64,000 bases of DNA from the NCBI GenBank assembly GCA_016188775.1, contig JACPHC010000006.1, positions 618 to 64,617 of the forward strand, written 5' to 3'. The notes below the pieces were generated by a model. It saw nothing but the letters and a program-made list of their open reading frames with translations. It ran no database searches and was not told the DNA's origin. Shown here piece by piece: positions 18,503 through 29,356 of this stretch. Position 1 is the stretch's first letter. Every line of letters begins with the position of its first letter. This DNA comes from Parcubacteria group bacterium. GTDB taxonomy: Bacteria; Patescibacteriota; Minisyncoccia; JACPHC01. The translations under genes and the position numbers were made by a program.

Positions 18503-19891
18503 ATGGGGGACGAAAAAATATTTTCAAAAGAAGAATTATGGCAAGCGGCCCTTGGCGAAATAGAGCTTAATATTTCAAAAGCGAATTTTTTAACTTGGCT
18601 TAAAAATACTTCCATTGATTCCATTAAAGAAGGAGTAGTGGTGATTAGCGTGCCTAATCATTTTTCAAAAGAATGGCTGGAAAATAAATATCATAAATTT
18701 ATTTTCCAAGCTTTAAAAAAATTAATTTCGGAAATCAATAAAATTGATTATATTATCAACGCCAATGCGGAAAATAAAAATACCGCCGCTCCGGAAAAAG
18801 AAAAAACTAAAAAAATCAATGAAACAGCCTTATTAAAAGAGCAACTTAGTCTCGCTGAAATTGAAATCAATCCAGAAACAAATCTTAATCAACGCTATAT
18901 GTTTGATACTTTTATTGTCGGATCTTCCAACGAACTGGCGCACGCGGCGGCCTTAAGCGTGGCTAAAAATCCCGGTCAGACCTACAATCCTTTGTTTATT
19001 TATGGAGGAGTGGGGCTTGGCAAAACTCATCTTTTGCAGGCAATCGGCAATGAAGCCCAAAAAAAAGAGAAATTAAGAGTAAAATACGTCACTTCGGAAA
19101 AATTTACCGAAGAAGTGGTAACCGCTATTCAAAACCACACAATGAATCAATTAAAAAATAACTATCGTAAAACCGATATTTTAATTGTCGATGATATTCA
19201 ATTTTTAGTCGGTAGAGAAAAAACTCAAGAAGAATTTTTTCATCTTTTTAATACTTTATACGAAAAAAATAAACAAATTATTCTTTCCTCGGATCGACCT
19301 CCTAAATCTATTGCCACGCTCGAAGACCGTCTGCGGTCGCGTTTTTCCGGTGGAATGATCGCGGATATCGGATATCCGGATTTTGAAACGCGTCTCGCTA
19401 TTTTAAAAACGAAAGTCGCGGCTCATAATTTTAAAATAAATGAAAATATTTTAATTTATATCGCCAACGCTATTACTCAAAATATTAGAGAAATTGAAGG
19501 CTGCCTAACACGACTAATCGCTTTTACTCGTCTAACTAAAAAAGAACCCACCGAAGAAGAAGCTATTAGAATACTTAATGAAGTGATAAAAACTCCTAAA
19601 AAAATTTTTAACATTAAGCAAATAATAAAAACAGTGGCTAATTTTTATGATATTGAGGAAAAAGATTTAATAGCTAAAAACCGACAAAAAGAAATTGTTA
19701 AACCCCGGCAAGTCGCGATGTATCTTTTAAGAGAAGATTTAAAGTCTTCTTTCCCGTATATCGGAAAAAAATTTGGCAATCGCGATCACACGACAGTTAT
19801 TTACGCTTGCGAAAAAATTAATGATTTAATTAAAACAAATGAAACAATAAAACAGGAAATTGGGATAATTCGCGAACGTTTAAATAACTAG
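18503..19891 (+). CDS. dnaA: Chromosomal replication initiator DnaA
   Basis: YNPLFIYGGVGLGKTHL, DDIQF, RLRSRF, RDHTTV. Confidence 0.99.
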   Translation: MGDEKIFSKEELWQAALGEIELNISKANFLTWLKNTSIDSIKEGVVVISVPNHFSKEWLENKYHKFIFQALKKLISEINKIDYIINANAENKNTAAPEKEKTKKINETALLKEQLSLAEIEINPETNLNQRYMFDTFIVGSSNELAHAAALSVAKNPGQTYNPLFIYGGVGLGKTHLLQAIGNEAQKKEKLRVKYVTSEKFTEEVVTAIQNHTMNQLKNNYRKTDILIVDDIQFLVGREKTQEEFFHLFNTLYEKNKQIILSSDRPPKSIATLEDRLRSRFSGGMIADIGYPDFETRLAILKTKVAAHNFKINENILIYIANAITQNIREIEGCLTRLIAFTRLTKKEPTEEEAIRILNEVIKTPKKIFNIKQIIKTVANFYDIEEKDLIAKNRQKEIVKPRQVAMYLLREDLKSSFPYIGKKFGNRDHTTVIYACEKINDLIKTNETIKQEIGIIRERLNN

Positions 19892-20099
19892 GAATAAATT
19901 GTGGAAAAAATATTGAATAAATAGTTGAAAATTATTTTTAAAAAATTATTTTTAAAAATATCCACAATTAAAATATATATTATTCACTGAATAACATATT
20001 AAAAATTAGCTAATAAAAAGCATTTTTGGAAAAAAATAAATAAAAAGTCATCTTAATAATAATAAATTTAATTAATAATAATAATAAAATTTAATTATA
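19892..20099. other. Probable oriC (dnaA-dnaN intergenic)
   Basis: DnaA-box variants TGTGGAAAA 19900, ATATCCACA 19958, TTATTCACT 19980; extremely AT-rich (TAA)n tract 20054-20099 as candidate unwinding element. Confidence 0.75.
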
Positions 20100-21200
20100 A
20101 TGGAAATAATTTGTTTGCGAGAAAATTTATTAAAAGCGATAAATCAAACGGAAAAAATTATTGGAAAAAATTTTTCTCTTCCGATTTTAAATAATCTTTA
20201 TTTTAAAACCGAAAAAGGAAGATTGAAGATTACCGCTACTAATCTCGAAATCGCTATTTCCAGCTGGGTGCCGGGAAAAATAAATGAGGAAGGAGAAACG
20301 ACTATTCCGGCGAAAATTATTTCCGGTATTATTTCCGGTCTGTCCGATGATAAAATAAACCTTAGATTTAAAGATAATTTATTAATAGTTAAAACAGATA
20401 ATTATCAGGCTCAAATTAATACTATTAACCCGAAAGAATTTCCTTTAATTCCTAAAATAAAAAGTGAAAATAAAATAAAAATTAATCAAAAAATTTTAAA
20501 AAAACATCTTTCGCGGGTTATAAAAGTCGTTAGTGAAAGCACTATTAATTCCGTTCTTTCGGGAATTTTAGTGGATAATAAAAAAAAGGAAATTAAATTT
20601 GTGGCTACGGATAGTTTTCGTCTGGCCGTCAGTATTGAAAAAAAAGAGAATGAAAATGAAGAAATTTCTTTCATTATTCCTTTTAGAACCGCGCTGGAAA
20701 TTATTAGATTAAGTTCTGACAAAGATTTTGACGTTGAAATTAATATAGGAGAAAATCAGGCGGTATTTATTTTTGAACAGTCGGAAATTATTTCCAGACT
20801 AATTGAAGGGAAATTTCCCGATTACGAAAAAATAATTCCCAATAATTTTGAAACAAAAATATTTCTTGATAAAAACGATTTTTTAAAAAATATTAAATTA
20901 GTCGGTCTATTTTCCGCCCGTCTTGGTGAAATAAAAATTAATCCTTTAAATGATAAAGAAAATCTAGAAATAAAAGCTGAAGAAAATAATTTAGGAACAA
21001 ATAAATCCGTTATTTCAGCTCAAATTCAAGGAAAAACAGAAGAAGTTGTTTTTAATTATCGTTATCTTTTAGATGGTCTTGATAATTTAGAAGAAAATAA
21101 AATTATTTTTTCTTTAAATGGAAATTCCGGCCCGTCTTATTTGAATTCATTAAATAAAGCCGATTATTTTTATCTTTTGATGCCAATTAGGAATCAATAA
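20100..21200 (+). CDS. dnaN: DNA polymerase III beta clamp
   Basis: ATNLEI, VATDSFRLA, SRLIEGKFPDY, LLMPIR. Confidence 0.98.
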   Translation: MEIICLRENLLKAINQTEKIIGKNFSLPILNNLYFKTEKGRLKITATNLEIAISSWVPGKINEEGETTIPAKIISGIISGLSDDKINLRFKDNLLIVKTDNYQAQINTINPKEFPLIPKIKSENKIKINQKILKKHLSRVIKVVSESTINSVLSGILVDNKKKEIKFVATDSFRLAVSIEKKENENEEISFIIPFRTALEIIRLSSDKDFDVEINIGENQAVFIFEQSEIISRLIEGKFPDYEKIIPNNFETKIFLDKNDFLKNIKLVGLFSARLGEIKINPLNDKENLEIKAEENNLGTNKSVISAQIQGKTEEVVFNYRYLLDGLDNLEENKIIFSLNGNSGPSYLNSLNKADYFYLLMPIRNQ

Positions 21201-23691
21201 ATAAAGTTAAAGATGCTTCCGCTTGATTGCCGAATTTATCAAATATTCTGATTTGAATTAAATATTGGCCGGCCGGTCCTTGAAAATTTGCCTGCCAAGG
21301 CGAATTTTTTAATGACTCGAAAATTTCTCCGTTGGCGAAAAAATCAATTTTAGAAATTTCAAATAGAGATTCAACCGCGACCGAGATTGGAATGTTTATT
21401 CCGCCAAAAAAGCGAGAATTTGAAAAAGGAGAAACTGAAATAATTTTAGGCCTATTTTCTTCCGTGTGAATATTATCGAAGTCTTGAGGAGGAAGATTAA
21501 TAATAAATCCTCCTCGAGAAGCCAGCCATTTTTTAATTCCCGCTTCCCAATTCTCAAATTGCGAATCTTGTGATGGATTTTCCTGAACTGGGCCTAAAAT
21601 ATCATCTTTATTTATAAAATAAAGAATTGAATGAGGTTCGTCTTGATAGGCGCGTTCTTCTATAAATTCCGGAGGAGTTAAGGATGTTGCTATAAGTCCG
21701 GAAATAGTATCGATGGATATTTTTTTGATGTTTTGATAGGAGCCGGAAAGAATTGGCTTTTGAATTTCTTTTTCCATTGGCTTAGGTAAAAAAGTGGTTT
21801 GCTTGTCTTTTAAGACTTCTTTTAAAAAATTATGCCAAATTGGAGCGGCGGCCATAGCTCCTCCTCCGCTTTTAACCAAGGGACTGTTGTCATTATTTCC
21901 AACCCAAACTCCGACAACTATTTCCGGCGTGTAGCCGACAGTCCAAGCGTCGCGGTAGTCTTGGGAGGTGCCGGTTTTAGCCGCCACTTGGCGGTCTTCG
22001 AAATAAAGAGGGCTAGCCGGTCCAAAAATAGGCGTTCGGGCGTTGTTGTCGGAAAGGATATCGGAGATGGTTCGAGCAATTTCCGGATCAATTATTTGAA
22101 AAGAATTATTTTTATATTCTTCTATGATATTTCCGTTTTTATCTTCTATTTTTAAAATAGCGGTTTTAGGATGTTTGGAGCCGTCATTGGCAAAAACGCC
22201 GTAAGCGGCCACCAAATCAATCAGTTTTACTTCTCCGCCTCCTAAAACTAAAGATAGGCCGTAGCGGTCCCGATTTTTTAAAGTGGTAATCCCCATATCT
22301 TGAGCCAGATTAATGGTTTTATTAATGCCGGCGATGTAGAGAGTTTTGACCGCTGGAACGTTGATTGATTGAGCTAGGGCTTCTCGGAGAGAAATAGGTC
22401 CCCGATATTTTTCATCGTAATTTTGAGGATGATAACATTTTTCTTGGCTAATTAAAACTCCTTCTTTTGGTTTACCGTCCGAGTCGCAGAGGGGATTAAA
22501 TTCGGTAAAAACATCAAAAAGAGTTGTTTCCGGCCTTAATCCTTTTTTAAAAGCCAGAGTGTAAGCGAACGGCTTGAAGGCCGAACCGGGCTGACGGTTA
22601 GCAGTGGCCACATTAAAATTTCCTTCATTTTTTAAATCAAAATAATCACGAGAGCCGACCATAGCCAAAATTTGGCCGGTTTTTGGATCGATGGCCGTCA
22701 AGGCGGCGTTTTTAGCTTTAAATAATTTTTCGTTCTGAGCCGCCCCTTCTTTGATTGTTTTTTCGGCTATTTTTTGAAGGTCAGTATCAATGGTCGTGTG
22801 AACTTTAAGACCGCCTTGTTCAAGAAAATTTTCGCCGTAACGCTCGGTCAAATAATCGCGCACATACATAATAAAATGAGGGGCCTGAATTTTTTCTCTT
22901 TGAGGCAAAAAATTTATTTTGATCGCGCTGTTTTTTCGGTAATCCTCCTCATTGATATATCCGAATTCTTTCATCCTTTCCAAAATAAATTCCTGCCGAT
23001 TTTTTAGTTCCTTAAAATTAGAGCCGTAAGGCGAATAGTAAGTTGGCGCTTTTGGCAGGCTTGCCAGTAAAGCCGCTTCTGAAACAGAAAGAGATTCGGT
23101 CTTTTTCCCGAAAAAAGTTTCAGCCGCCGCTTCAATGCCGTAGGCGTTGGATCCGTAAGATATTTGATTCAAATAAAGTTCCAGTATTTCTTCTTTGGAA
23201 AAATTTTTTTCAATTTCGTAAGCAAGCATTACTTCTTTGATTTTTCTGGCGATGGTTTTCTGCCGTCCCAAAAAAGCGTTTTTAACCAGTTGCTGGGTGA
23301 TAGTCGATCCTCCCTGGGTAAATTTACCTTCCAAAATATTAACTACTAAAGCCCGCAAAATGGATTTGACGGAAAAACCGGAATGATTCCAGAAATTCGC
23401 GTCTTCGGCGACTACCGTCGCCGCTTTGACATAGGAAGGAATTTCATCCCGCGAAATAACGGTTCGCTTTTCTTCGCCGTGGATTTCATAAAGAATTTGC
23501 TCGCCGGAGCGATCATAAATTTTTGTGGATTCATGAAGCGCTATTTTGCTTATTTGGGTCGGATCGGGAAGATCGCGGCGAAAATACAAAAAGACCCCCG
23601 CCAAGGAGACTGCTGAGGTAAAAATAAAAAACAAAAAGAAAACAAAAATAAATTTTAATATCGATTTCATTGAAAAAATAATTCCCCTCAT
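21187..23691 (-). CDS. Class A penicillin-binding protein (PBP1A family) with C-terminal Ig-like domain
   Basis: AEDANFWNH, GGSTITQQLVKN, SAFK, SIN, KTGT. Confidence 0.95.
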   Translation of the reverse strand: MRGIIFSMKSILKFIFVFFLFFIFTSAVSLAGVFLYFRRDLPDPTQISKIALHESTKIYDRSGEQILYEIHGEEKRTVISRDEIPSYVKAATVVAEDANFWNHSGFSVKSILRALVVNILEGKFTQGGSTITQQLVKNAFLGRQKTIARKIKEVMLAYEIEKNFSKEEILELYLNQISYGSNAYGIEAAAETFFGKKTESLSVSEAALLASLPKAPTYYSPYGSNFKELKNRQEFILERMKEFGYINEEDYRKNSAIKINFLPQREKIQAPHFIMYVRDYLTERYGENFLEQGGLKVHTTIDTDLQKIAEKTIKEGAAQNEKLFKAKNAALTAIDPKTGQILAMVGSRDYFDLKNEGNFNVATANRQPGSAFKPFAYTLAFKKGLRPETTLFDVFTEFNPLCDSDGKPKEGVLISQEKCYHPQNYDEKYRGPISLREALAQSINVPAVKTLYIAGINKTINLAQDMGITTLKNRDRYGLSLVLGGGEVKLIDLVAAYGVFANDGSKHPKTAILKIEDKNGNIIEEYKNNSFQIIDPEIARTISDILSDNNARTPIFGPASPLYFEDRQVAAKTGTSQDYRDAWTVGYTPEIVVGVWVGNNDNSPLVKSGGGAMAAAPIWHNFLKEVLKDKQTTFLPKPMEKEIQKPILSGSYQNIKKISIDTISGLIATSLTPPEFIEERAYQDEPHSILYFINKDDILGPVQENPSQDSQFENWEAGIKKWLASRGGFIINLPPQDFDNIHTEENRPKIISVSPFSNSRFFGGINIPISVAVESLFEISKIDFFANGEIFESLKNSPWQANFQGPAGQYLIQIRIFDKFGNQAEASLTLFIDS

Positions 23692-23779
23692 TTTGCCCTT
23701 TTAAATTTTTTCACCCGCTAAAAATGGGCGGATAAAAATTCTGGGCGCGTCAATGAGGGGAATATCTATATTCTATATC

Positions 23780-23956
23780 TTAATATCCTTCTTCTTCCTC
23801 TTCTTCTTCAAAATTTTCTTCTGTTTCTTCCGGCGTTTTTTTTTCGTCTATATCGGCGTCAGGGTCCAGTTCGGTTTTATCATCGCTGGGATATCCCGTA
23901 GCGTCGTCGTTTTGAAGACGGTAGCGATTGTAAGAACCTATTGATTCTTCAAGCAT
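23780..23956 (-). CDS. Small highly acidic protein (58 aa)
   Basis: Manual translation MLEESIGSYNRYRLQNDDATGYPSDDKTELDPDADIDEKKTPEETEENFEEEEEEEGY*; consensus promoter upstream. Confidence 0.65.
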   Translation of the reverse strand: MLEESIGSYNRYRLQNDDATGYPSDDKTELDPDADIDEKKTPEETEENFEEEEEEEGY

Positions 23957-24073
23957 TATAAATTAGAGATGACCTCGTTCTTATTTTTTTTAAGACACAT
24001 ATTCGACCTTTGGGTTTTAAAGATTATTTTTAAGATTGTCTCAGGGGAGCGGGATTTGAATCCTGCTCCCCTG

Positions 24074-24103
24074 ATTATATTTTTATTGTTTTTGTCTTGT
24101 CAA
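24074..24103 (-). promoter_or_regulatory. Consensus sigma70 promoter next to a strong hairpin (24041-24074)
   Basis: Minus strand TTGACA-18 bp-TATAAT. Confidence 0.65.
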
Positions 24104-24104
24104 G

Positions 24105-24242
24105 CCCCGTAGAGCAACTTCGAAAAAATTTCTTGCTGTCGTTATTTTAAATGTTTAAAAAATTATTAAAACTGAATAATTAGAGCAGATTTAATATCTA
24201 AAAGATGAAATTTTAGACAGCATTCGAAGTTGTCTTACGGGG
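24105..24242. repeat. MITE-like element
   Basis: CCCCGTAGAGCAACTTCGAA ... TTCGAAGTTGTCTTACGGGG. Confidence 0.7.
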
Positions 24243-24704
24243 TCAAGCCCAAGCCGCGATGGCTATGGCTAAAGCGTCGGCGGCGTCATCCGGCTTTGGG
24301 ATTTTTTTTAAATTCAGTAATTTTTGAACCATAAGGCTAACTTGTTTTTTATCGGCTCGGCCGTAAGAAGTCAAGGATTGCTTGACTTGAATCGGCGTCA
24401 CTTCTTTTATTTTTAAATTCATTTTTTGGGCCAAAAGTAAAATAACTCCTCTGATTTCGGCGATATTCAAAGCGGTTTTTGCGTTTTTGGCAAAAAAAAG
24501 CCGCTCAATGGCCAAAAAATTTGGATTTTGTTTTTGAATAATTTTTGAAAGGGAATCATGGAGAATCATTAGCCGCTCCGATTGCGCGAGCGTTTTGGCG
24601 GTTTCCAAACAGCCATAATCCAGGCAGGAGATTCGACTGTTATTTTTTAATATAATGCCGTATCCCAACCGGGCGATTCCTGGATCAATTCCTAAAATAA
24701 TCAT
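24243..24704 (-). CDS. ruvC: Holliday junction resolvase RuvC
   Basis: ILGIDPG, AIERLFF, DDAADALAIA. Confidence 0.97.
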   Translation of the reverse strand: MIILGIDPGIARLGYGIILKNNSRISCLDYGCLETAKTLAQSERLMILHDSLSKIIQKQNPNFLAIERLFFAKNAKTALNIAEIRGVILLLAQKMNLKIKEVTPIQVKQSLTSYGRADKKQVSLMVQKLLNLKKIPKPDDAADALAIAIAAWA

Positions 24705-24741
24705 AAAACTTTTTTACGAAATAATTTTTCGGAATAATAAC

Positions 24742-24835
24742 AAGAAGTCATTCTAAAATTTTTTAGGCACCCTCGGCGGATTATATAATTTGATTAAAGA
24801 GCCTCGACCTTAAAAATTTTTAGAATAACTTCTTT
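24742..24835 (-). repeat. ~95-bp element, family B (reverse copy)
   Basis: Reverse complement matches the GGTCGAGGC.CTTTAAT.AAATTATATAATCCGCCGAGGGT.CCTAAAAA core of the 38296 and 39734 copies. Confidence 0.85.
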
Positions 24836-24934
24836 AATTATTATAAGCGAAAGAAAGGGGTTTTTGAAAATCGTCTTTAAAAATCCCTTTCGCTTATTTT
24901 AAAAAAATATTTCGCAAGAGGCCTATAATATTAT

Positions 24935-25675
24935 TCAATTTTTTATGTTTGAATATATTTCCTGAACGTCTTCCTGATCGTCTAAGGCTTCAAAAAGCTC
25001 TTCAATTTTCTTTTTTGCCGCCTGATTAGTTATTTGAACGGGATTTTTAGCCACCAAATCAATCGAAGCCGAGATTATTTCAACCCCTTTTTTAATAAGC
25101 CTGTTTTTTATATTTTCAAGATTTTCCGGTTTCGCGTAAACGTCAATTTTTTCTTCGTGCGATTCTAAATCTTCGGCTCCGGCCTCGATAATATCCAATT
25201 CCTTGTTTTCGTCAATTTTATTTTTTTTAATTTCAATAACGGCCCTTTTTTCAAACATCCAGGAAACCGATCCCGGCTCGGCCAACTTGCCTTCGTATTG
25301 GGAAAGAATGTGTTTGATTTCTGCCACGGTTCTATTGCGGTTATCCGTGATCGCTTCCAGCATTAGAGCCGTTCCTCCCGGTCCGTAAGCTTCATAGATT
25401 ACTTCTTCAAAATTAGACGTTTCTTTTTCGCCCACTCCCTGCCTTGTCGGCAGGGAGGCTTTTTTAATCGCCCGGTCAATCGAATCATTGGGCATATTGA
25501 AGGTTTTGGCTTTTTCAATCGCCAATTTCAGCTGATAGTTAATGTTTGGGTTATCTCCTTTTTCTTTGACCGCCAGAATGATGTTTTTTGAAAGTTTGGA
25601 AAATAGCTGACCTCTTTTTTGATCAGCTATGCCTTTTTTATGTTTAATTTGAGACCACTTAGAATGCCCGGACAT
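24935..25675 (-). CDS. yebC: YebC/PmpR family protein
   Basis: MSGHSKWSQIKHKK, YEAYGPGG, TDNRNRT. Confidence 0.97.
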   Translation of the reverse strand: MSGHSKWSQIKHKKGIADQKRGQLFSKLSKNIILAVKEKGDNPNINYQLKLAIEKAKTFNMPNDSIDRAIKKASLPTRQGVGEKETSNFEEVIYEAYGPGGTALMLEAITDNRNRTVAEIKHILSQYEGKLAEPGSVSWMFEKRAVIEIKKNKIDENKELDIIEAGAEDLESHEEKIDVYAKPENLENIKNRLIKKGVEIISASIDLVAKNPVQITNQAAKKKIEELFEALDDQEDVQEIYSNIKN

Positions 25676-25678
25676 TTT

Positions 25679-26191
25679 TTAGTGTTTAGTTTTTAGCGCC
25701 TCTTCCCACCAATAATTGATAATTTTTTTGACTTCATTTGGATGAGGAATTGAATTGAAAATAAAAGGCTCTTTTTCAGCGGCAGTATAAATTTTTAAAT
25801 CGCCAAAGTCAAGCCAGGTGGCGATAAAACCGTTAATCTCGATATTGATATTCTGAATAGTTGAAAGGCGAAATTCGTGAGTTTCTTGATTAAAATATCC
25901 TTTTTGCTCAACTTCTAAAATTCTTTCATTAGTAAGAACCAGGTAATCTAAAAGATAATCAAAGATAATAAAAAAAGCTGTTCCAATCAAAAAAAGAGCA
26001 TAAAGAGATGAAGACAAGAAAAAAAATTTGAGAAATATCCCCCCTGTTTCAAGAGGAAGGGATTTAATTATCAGCCAGATAAAAATCGGCATAAAAATTA
26101 AAACAACTAAAACGGCCAGTTTTGCGTATATCGTGAAATAATGCCGTCTGGAGATCAAAAGTATTTTTTCATCGGAAGGAATATCTATCAT
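25679..26191 (-). CDS. Membrane protein with bacterial PH domain
   Basis: Two TM, then LTNERIL...IQNI...DFGDLKIYTA...IPHP. Confidence 0.8.
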   Translation of the reverse strand: MIDIPSDEKILLISRRHYFTIYAKLAVLVVLIFMPIFIWLIIKSLPLETGGIFLKFFFLSSSLYALFLIGTAFFIIFDYLLDYLVLTNERILEVEQKGYFNQETHEFRLSTIQNINIEINGFIATWLDFGDLKIYTAAEKEPFIFNSIPHPNEVKKIINYWWEEALKTKH

Positions 26192-26236
26192 AAAAAATTT
26201 TAATTTTCAATTTCTAATTTCTAAATAGTTTTAAAA

Positions 26237-26449
26237 TTACGCGTTGAAAATTTCACTCCAAGGGATATTTAAAAAAGCAAAAATTGATATCAAGATAGAG
26301 ACAATAGAGATAATTGAGAAAATAAAAATTACTTTATTGACGATGGAATCGCCTTTGACGGCGAATTTTTTTAAATGCCAGACATTAAGAGAGAAAAAAA
26401 CCGCGTAAATTCCGAGAATAAAAATATAGATTAAAAGTGGCAGCAGCAT
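26237..26449 (-). CDS. Small two-TM membrane protein
   Basis: 70 aa, WHLKKF between two hydrophobic helices, directly after ruvB. Confidence 0.7.
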   Translation of the reverse strand: MLLPLLIYIFILGIYAVFFSLNVWHLKKFAVKGDSIVNKVIFIFSIISIVSILISIFAFLNIPWSEIFNA

Positions 26450-26454
26450 ATTTA

Positions 26455-27492
26455 TTACAGCAATTTATTTTGTCTTTCTTGATCAGTGAGAGAATTTAGT
26501 CCCAGATGTTTGTAGGCCATTGTGGTAGCTAATCGGCCCTTGGGAGTTCTTTCAATAAAACCGCGCTGAAGTAAAAAAGGTTCGTAGATATCGGCGATCG
26601 TGTCTTCTTCTTCAGCCGTGGCCGCGGCCAGGGCTCTTAAGCCGACCGGCCCGCCTTTGAAACGGTGAATTATAGTTTCCAAAAGTTTTCGGTCCGTCGG
26701 CTCAAGCCCTTTTTCGTCAATTTCCAGCATTTTTAAGGCTTCTTGAGCGACGTTTTCATCAATAATATTTAAATTTTTTACTTGCGCGAAATCGCGAGAT
26801 CGTTTGAGCAGGCGGTTGGCGGTTCTGGGGGTGGCGCGGCTGGATTTGGCAATGATATTCTTCGCTTCTTTTGAGACATTGACGTTTAAAATTTTAGCCG
26901 ATCGGGCGATAATATTTTCAATATCTTCTATTTCATAAAAACCAAGGCGAAAAGTGACGCCGAAGCGCGATCTTAAAGGGCCGGATAAAAGATCGATTCG
27001 GGTCGTTGCCGCCACTAATGTAAAAGGAGGAAGGTCGAGTTGGATACTTCGGGCGCCCGGGCCTTTGCCGATAATGATATTTAAATGACGGCTTTCCATG
27101 GCCGGATAAAGAATTTCTTCAACCAGTTTATTTAAACGATGAGCCTCGTCAATAAAAAGAATTTCATTGGGTTCCAGATTGGTTAAAATAGCGGCCAGAT
27201 CCCCGCCGCGTTCAATAGCCGGACCGGAAGTCACTCGGCAGAGAGCGGACATTTCTTTGGCGATTAAATGAGCCAAAGTTGTTTTGCCCAACCCGGGCGG
27301 GCCGTATAAAAGCACGTGCTCAATGGTTTCATTCCTTTTTTTGGCCGCCTCGGTCAGAATTTTGACGTTTTCTTTTATTTTTTTTTGGCCAATAAAATCG
27401 TTCCAGCTTTTGGGCCGTAAAGCCAGATCTATTTCTTTATCTTTAACCTCTTTTTCTTTAGGTCTTGACAAATCTTCGTCTTTCATATACAA
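26455..27492 (-). CDS. ruvB: Holliday junction helicase RuvB
   Basis: [25 protein letters not shown]. Confidence 0.98.
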   Translation of the reverse strand: MYMKDEDLSRPKEKEVKDKEIDLALRPKSWNDFIGQKKIKENVKILTEAAKKRNETIEHVLLYGPPGLGKTTLAHLIAKEMSALCRVTSGPAIERGGDLAAILTNLEPNEILFIDEAHRLNKLVEEILYPAMESRHLNIIIGKGPGARSIQLDLPPFTLVAATTRIDLLSGPLRSRFGVTFRLGFYEIEDIENIIARSAKILNVNVSKEAKNIIAKSSRATPRTANRLLKRSRDFAQVKNLNIIDENVAQEALKMLEIDEKGLEPTDRKLLETIIHRFKGGPVGLRALAAATAEEEDTIADIYEPFLLQRGFIERTPKGRLATTMAYKHLGLNSLTDQERQNKLL

Positions 27493-27504
27493 TATATAAG
27501 CATC

Positions 27505-27666
27505 AATTATGCTCTCATCAACCTCTAGGCAATTAAGGCATTACCATGACTTAAAGGGATTTTTCTTAGTTTTGGGTAATTGGGCCGCGGCGCGATTATT
27601 CCTCGGGAAAATCTTTAACTCCGAGAGACTTCGGAGTCTTGCCTAGAGATTGATGGGATCATAATT
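27505..27666. repeat. MITE-like element
   Basis: AATTATG..CTCATCAACCTCTAGGCAA ... TTGCCTAGAGATTGATGGG..CATAATT. Confidence 0.7.
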
Positions 27667-29324
27667 CAACCGACCACGCTTTCTACTTCATTGATTGAAG
27701 TTAATCCTTGAAGTATTTTCAAAAATCCGTCTTGTTTTAAAGTGATCATTCCTTTTTTGATGGCCAAATCTTGAATGGCGAATTGGGAAGGGGAAGAGAG
27801 AATCAAATTTTTCATTTTCTCGTTCATTTCCAGAATTTCCACTATGGCTACTCGGCCCTTATATCCCGTGTTATTGCATTCCGGGCAGCCAGTCTCCCGG
27901 AATATTTTTGTTTGGGCGTTTAAAGGTTGGGAGAGAAAATTAGCCGGAACGTTTTTGAGAATCGTTTTGATTTTTTTTAATTCTTCTTGAGTCAATTTAT
28001 CTTCTTTTTTGCATTCTTGGCAGAGTTTGCGGACCAGACGTTGGGCAACGGCAAGATTGAAAGCCGCGGCAATAATGGCCGGATTCATGTCCATTTCAAT
28101 CAAGCGGGGAATGGTGCCGGCCGCGTCATTGGTATGCAGAGTGGAAAAAACCAGATGGCCAGTCAGGGCGGATTGCAGAGCGATTTCAGCCGTTTCTTTA
28201 TCCCGCATTTCGCCGATTAAAATCACGTCCGGGTCTTGGCGTAAAATTGAGCGCAGAGCCGTGGCGAAAGTGTAACCTTTGTCCGGCGCGACTTGAGTTT
28301 GAGTGATGCCGGCCAAATGGTATTCCACCGGATCTTCAACTGTGATGATTTTCATTTCCGGCGAATAGACTCTTTTTAAAAAAGCGTAGAGCGTGGTGGT
28401 TTTTCCCGAACCGGTCGGCCCGGTCATAACAATCATGCCGTTGGGTTTGACTATTTCTCTCTCAAATGTTTTCAAGGCGTCGGGACGAAAACCCAGTTCG
28501 TTTAATTCGACATTTATCGCTTTGGGATTTAAAATTCTCAAGACGATGTTTTCGCCCCAGGCGCCCGGAGCTAGCGCGACTCTGACTTCCACGGATTCGT
28601 CAGCCAGCAAAATGGTGAAACGGCCGTCTTGAGCCCGGTCCCGAATATTGATTTTTAAACCGGCCAAAAGCTTTATTCTGGAAAGGATTTGATTGTAAAT
28701 TTTGGGATTAAAAAAGAAAATATCCTGCAAAGAGCCGTCGATGCGAAGCCTTAACCGCACTTCTTTTTCCTGGGCTTCAAAATGGATATCCGAAGCGTTT
28801 AAAGTGACCGCGCCGGCGAAAGCGAATTCCAGTATTTTAACGAGTTGAAATCCCTCGAGAGTTTTAAATTTTTTTTCTAAAACTTCAAGATTATTGATTT
28901 TTGTTTTGAATTCTTCCAGTTCTTCTTTATGAATGATAATTTTTCCGGTGATGCTTTCAACGGGTTTTCTGATTCTTTCGTAAACCCGCCAAGCTTTATT
29001 GAGACTGGTCAAAGAAACGACTAAAAGTTGAATGGCGTATCCTTGATTTTTAAGTTCGGAAATAATTATTTTTGTTTCGGCGTTTTCCGGATCAAAAACG
29101 GCTATTTTTAAATTTTTGGCAGTTTTGCCGATGACGGCCAGATAGCCTCGCCGCGATTTATCTTCAGGAATAAGACCGATGGCCTCGGGGCCCGGGGCCA
29201 ATATTGCGAGATTGGCGTAATTGGCGCCGCTTTTAGCGGCTTTTCTTTCAGCTTCTCTTTCCTCGGCTCCCAGGCGCAAGGTCGCCAGTTTTTCTTGTTG
29301 TGTTTTGTCGGAAAAAGTAACCAT
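27666..29324 (-). CDS. pilB: Type IV pilus assembly ATPase PilB/GspE family
   Basis: ASDIHFE, GPTGSGKTTT, LRQDPD, LHTND, CxxC...CxxC zinc site. Confidence 0.92.
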   Translation of the reverse strand: MVTFSDKTQQEKLATLRLGAEEREAERKAAKSGANYANLAILAPGPEAIGLIPEDKSRRGYLAVIGKTAKNLKIAVFDPENAETKIIISELKNQGYAIQLLVVSLTSLNKAWRVYERIRKPVESITGKIIIHKEELEEFKTKINNLEVLEKKFKTLEGFQLVKILEFAFAGAVTLNASDIHFEAQEKEVRLRLRIDGSLQDIFFFNPKIYNQILSRIKLLAGLKINIRDRAQDGRFTILLADESVEVRVALAPGAWGENIVLRILNPKAINVELNELGFRPDALKTFEREIVKPNGMIVMTGPTGSGKTTTLYAFLKRVYSPEMKIITVEDPVEYHLAGITQTQVAPDKGYTFATALRSILRQDPDVILIGEMRDKETAEIALQSALTGHLVFSTLHTNDAAGTIPRLIEMDMNPAIIAAAFNLAVAQRLVRKLCQECKKEDKLTQEELKKIKTILKNVPANFLSQPLNAQTKIFRETGCPECNNTGYKGRVAIVEILEMNEKMKNLILSSPSQFAIQDLAIKKGMITLKQDGFLKILQGLTSINEVESVVG

Positions 29325-29356
29325 AAATCCTGATTGGATTATTAGACTTTTTTCTA

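Noticed and set aside
23753-23944. 63-aa Phe-rich plus-strand ORF
   Set aside because: Antisense shadow of the acidic minus-strand ORF, which has the promoter
24041-24074. tRNA fragment or att site (GCGGGATTTGAA)
   Set aside because: Simple hairpin; no cloverleaf or CCA end
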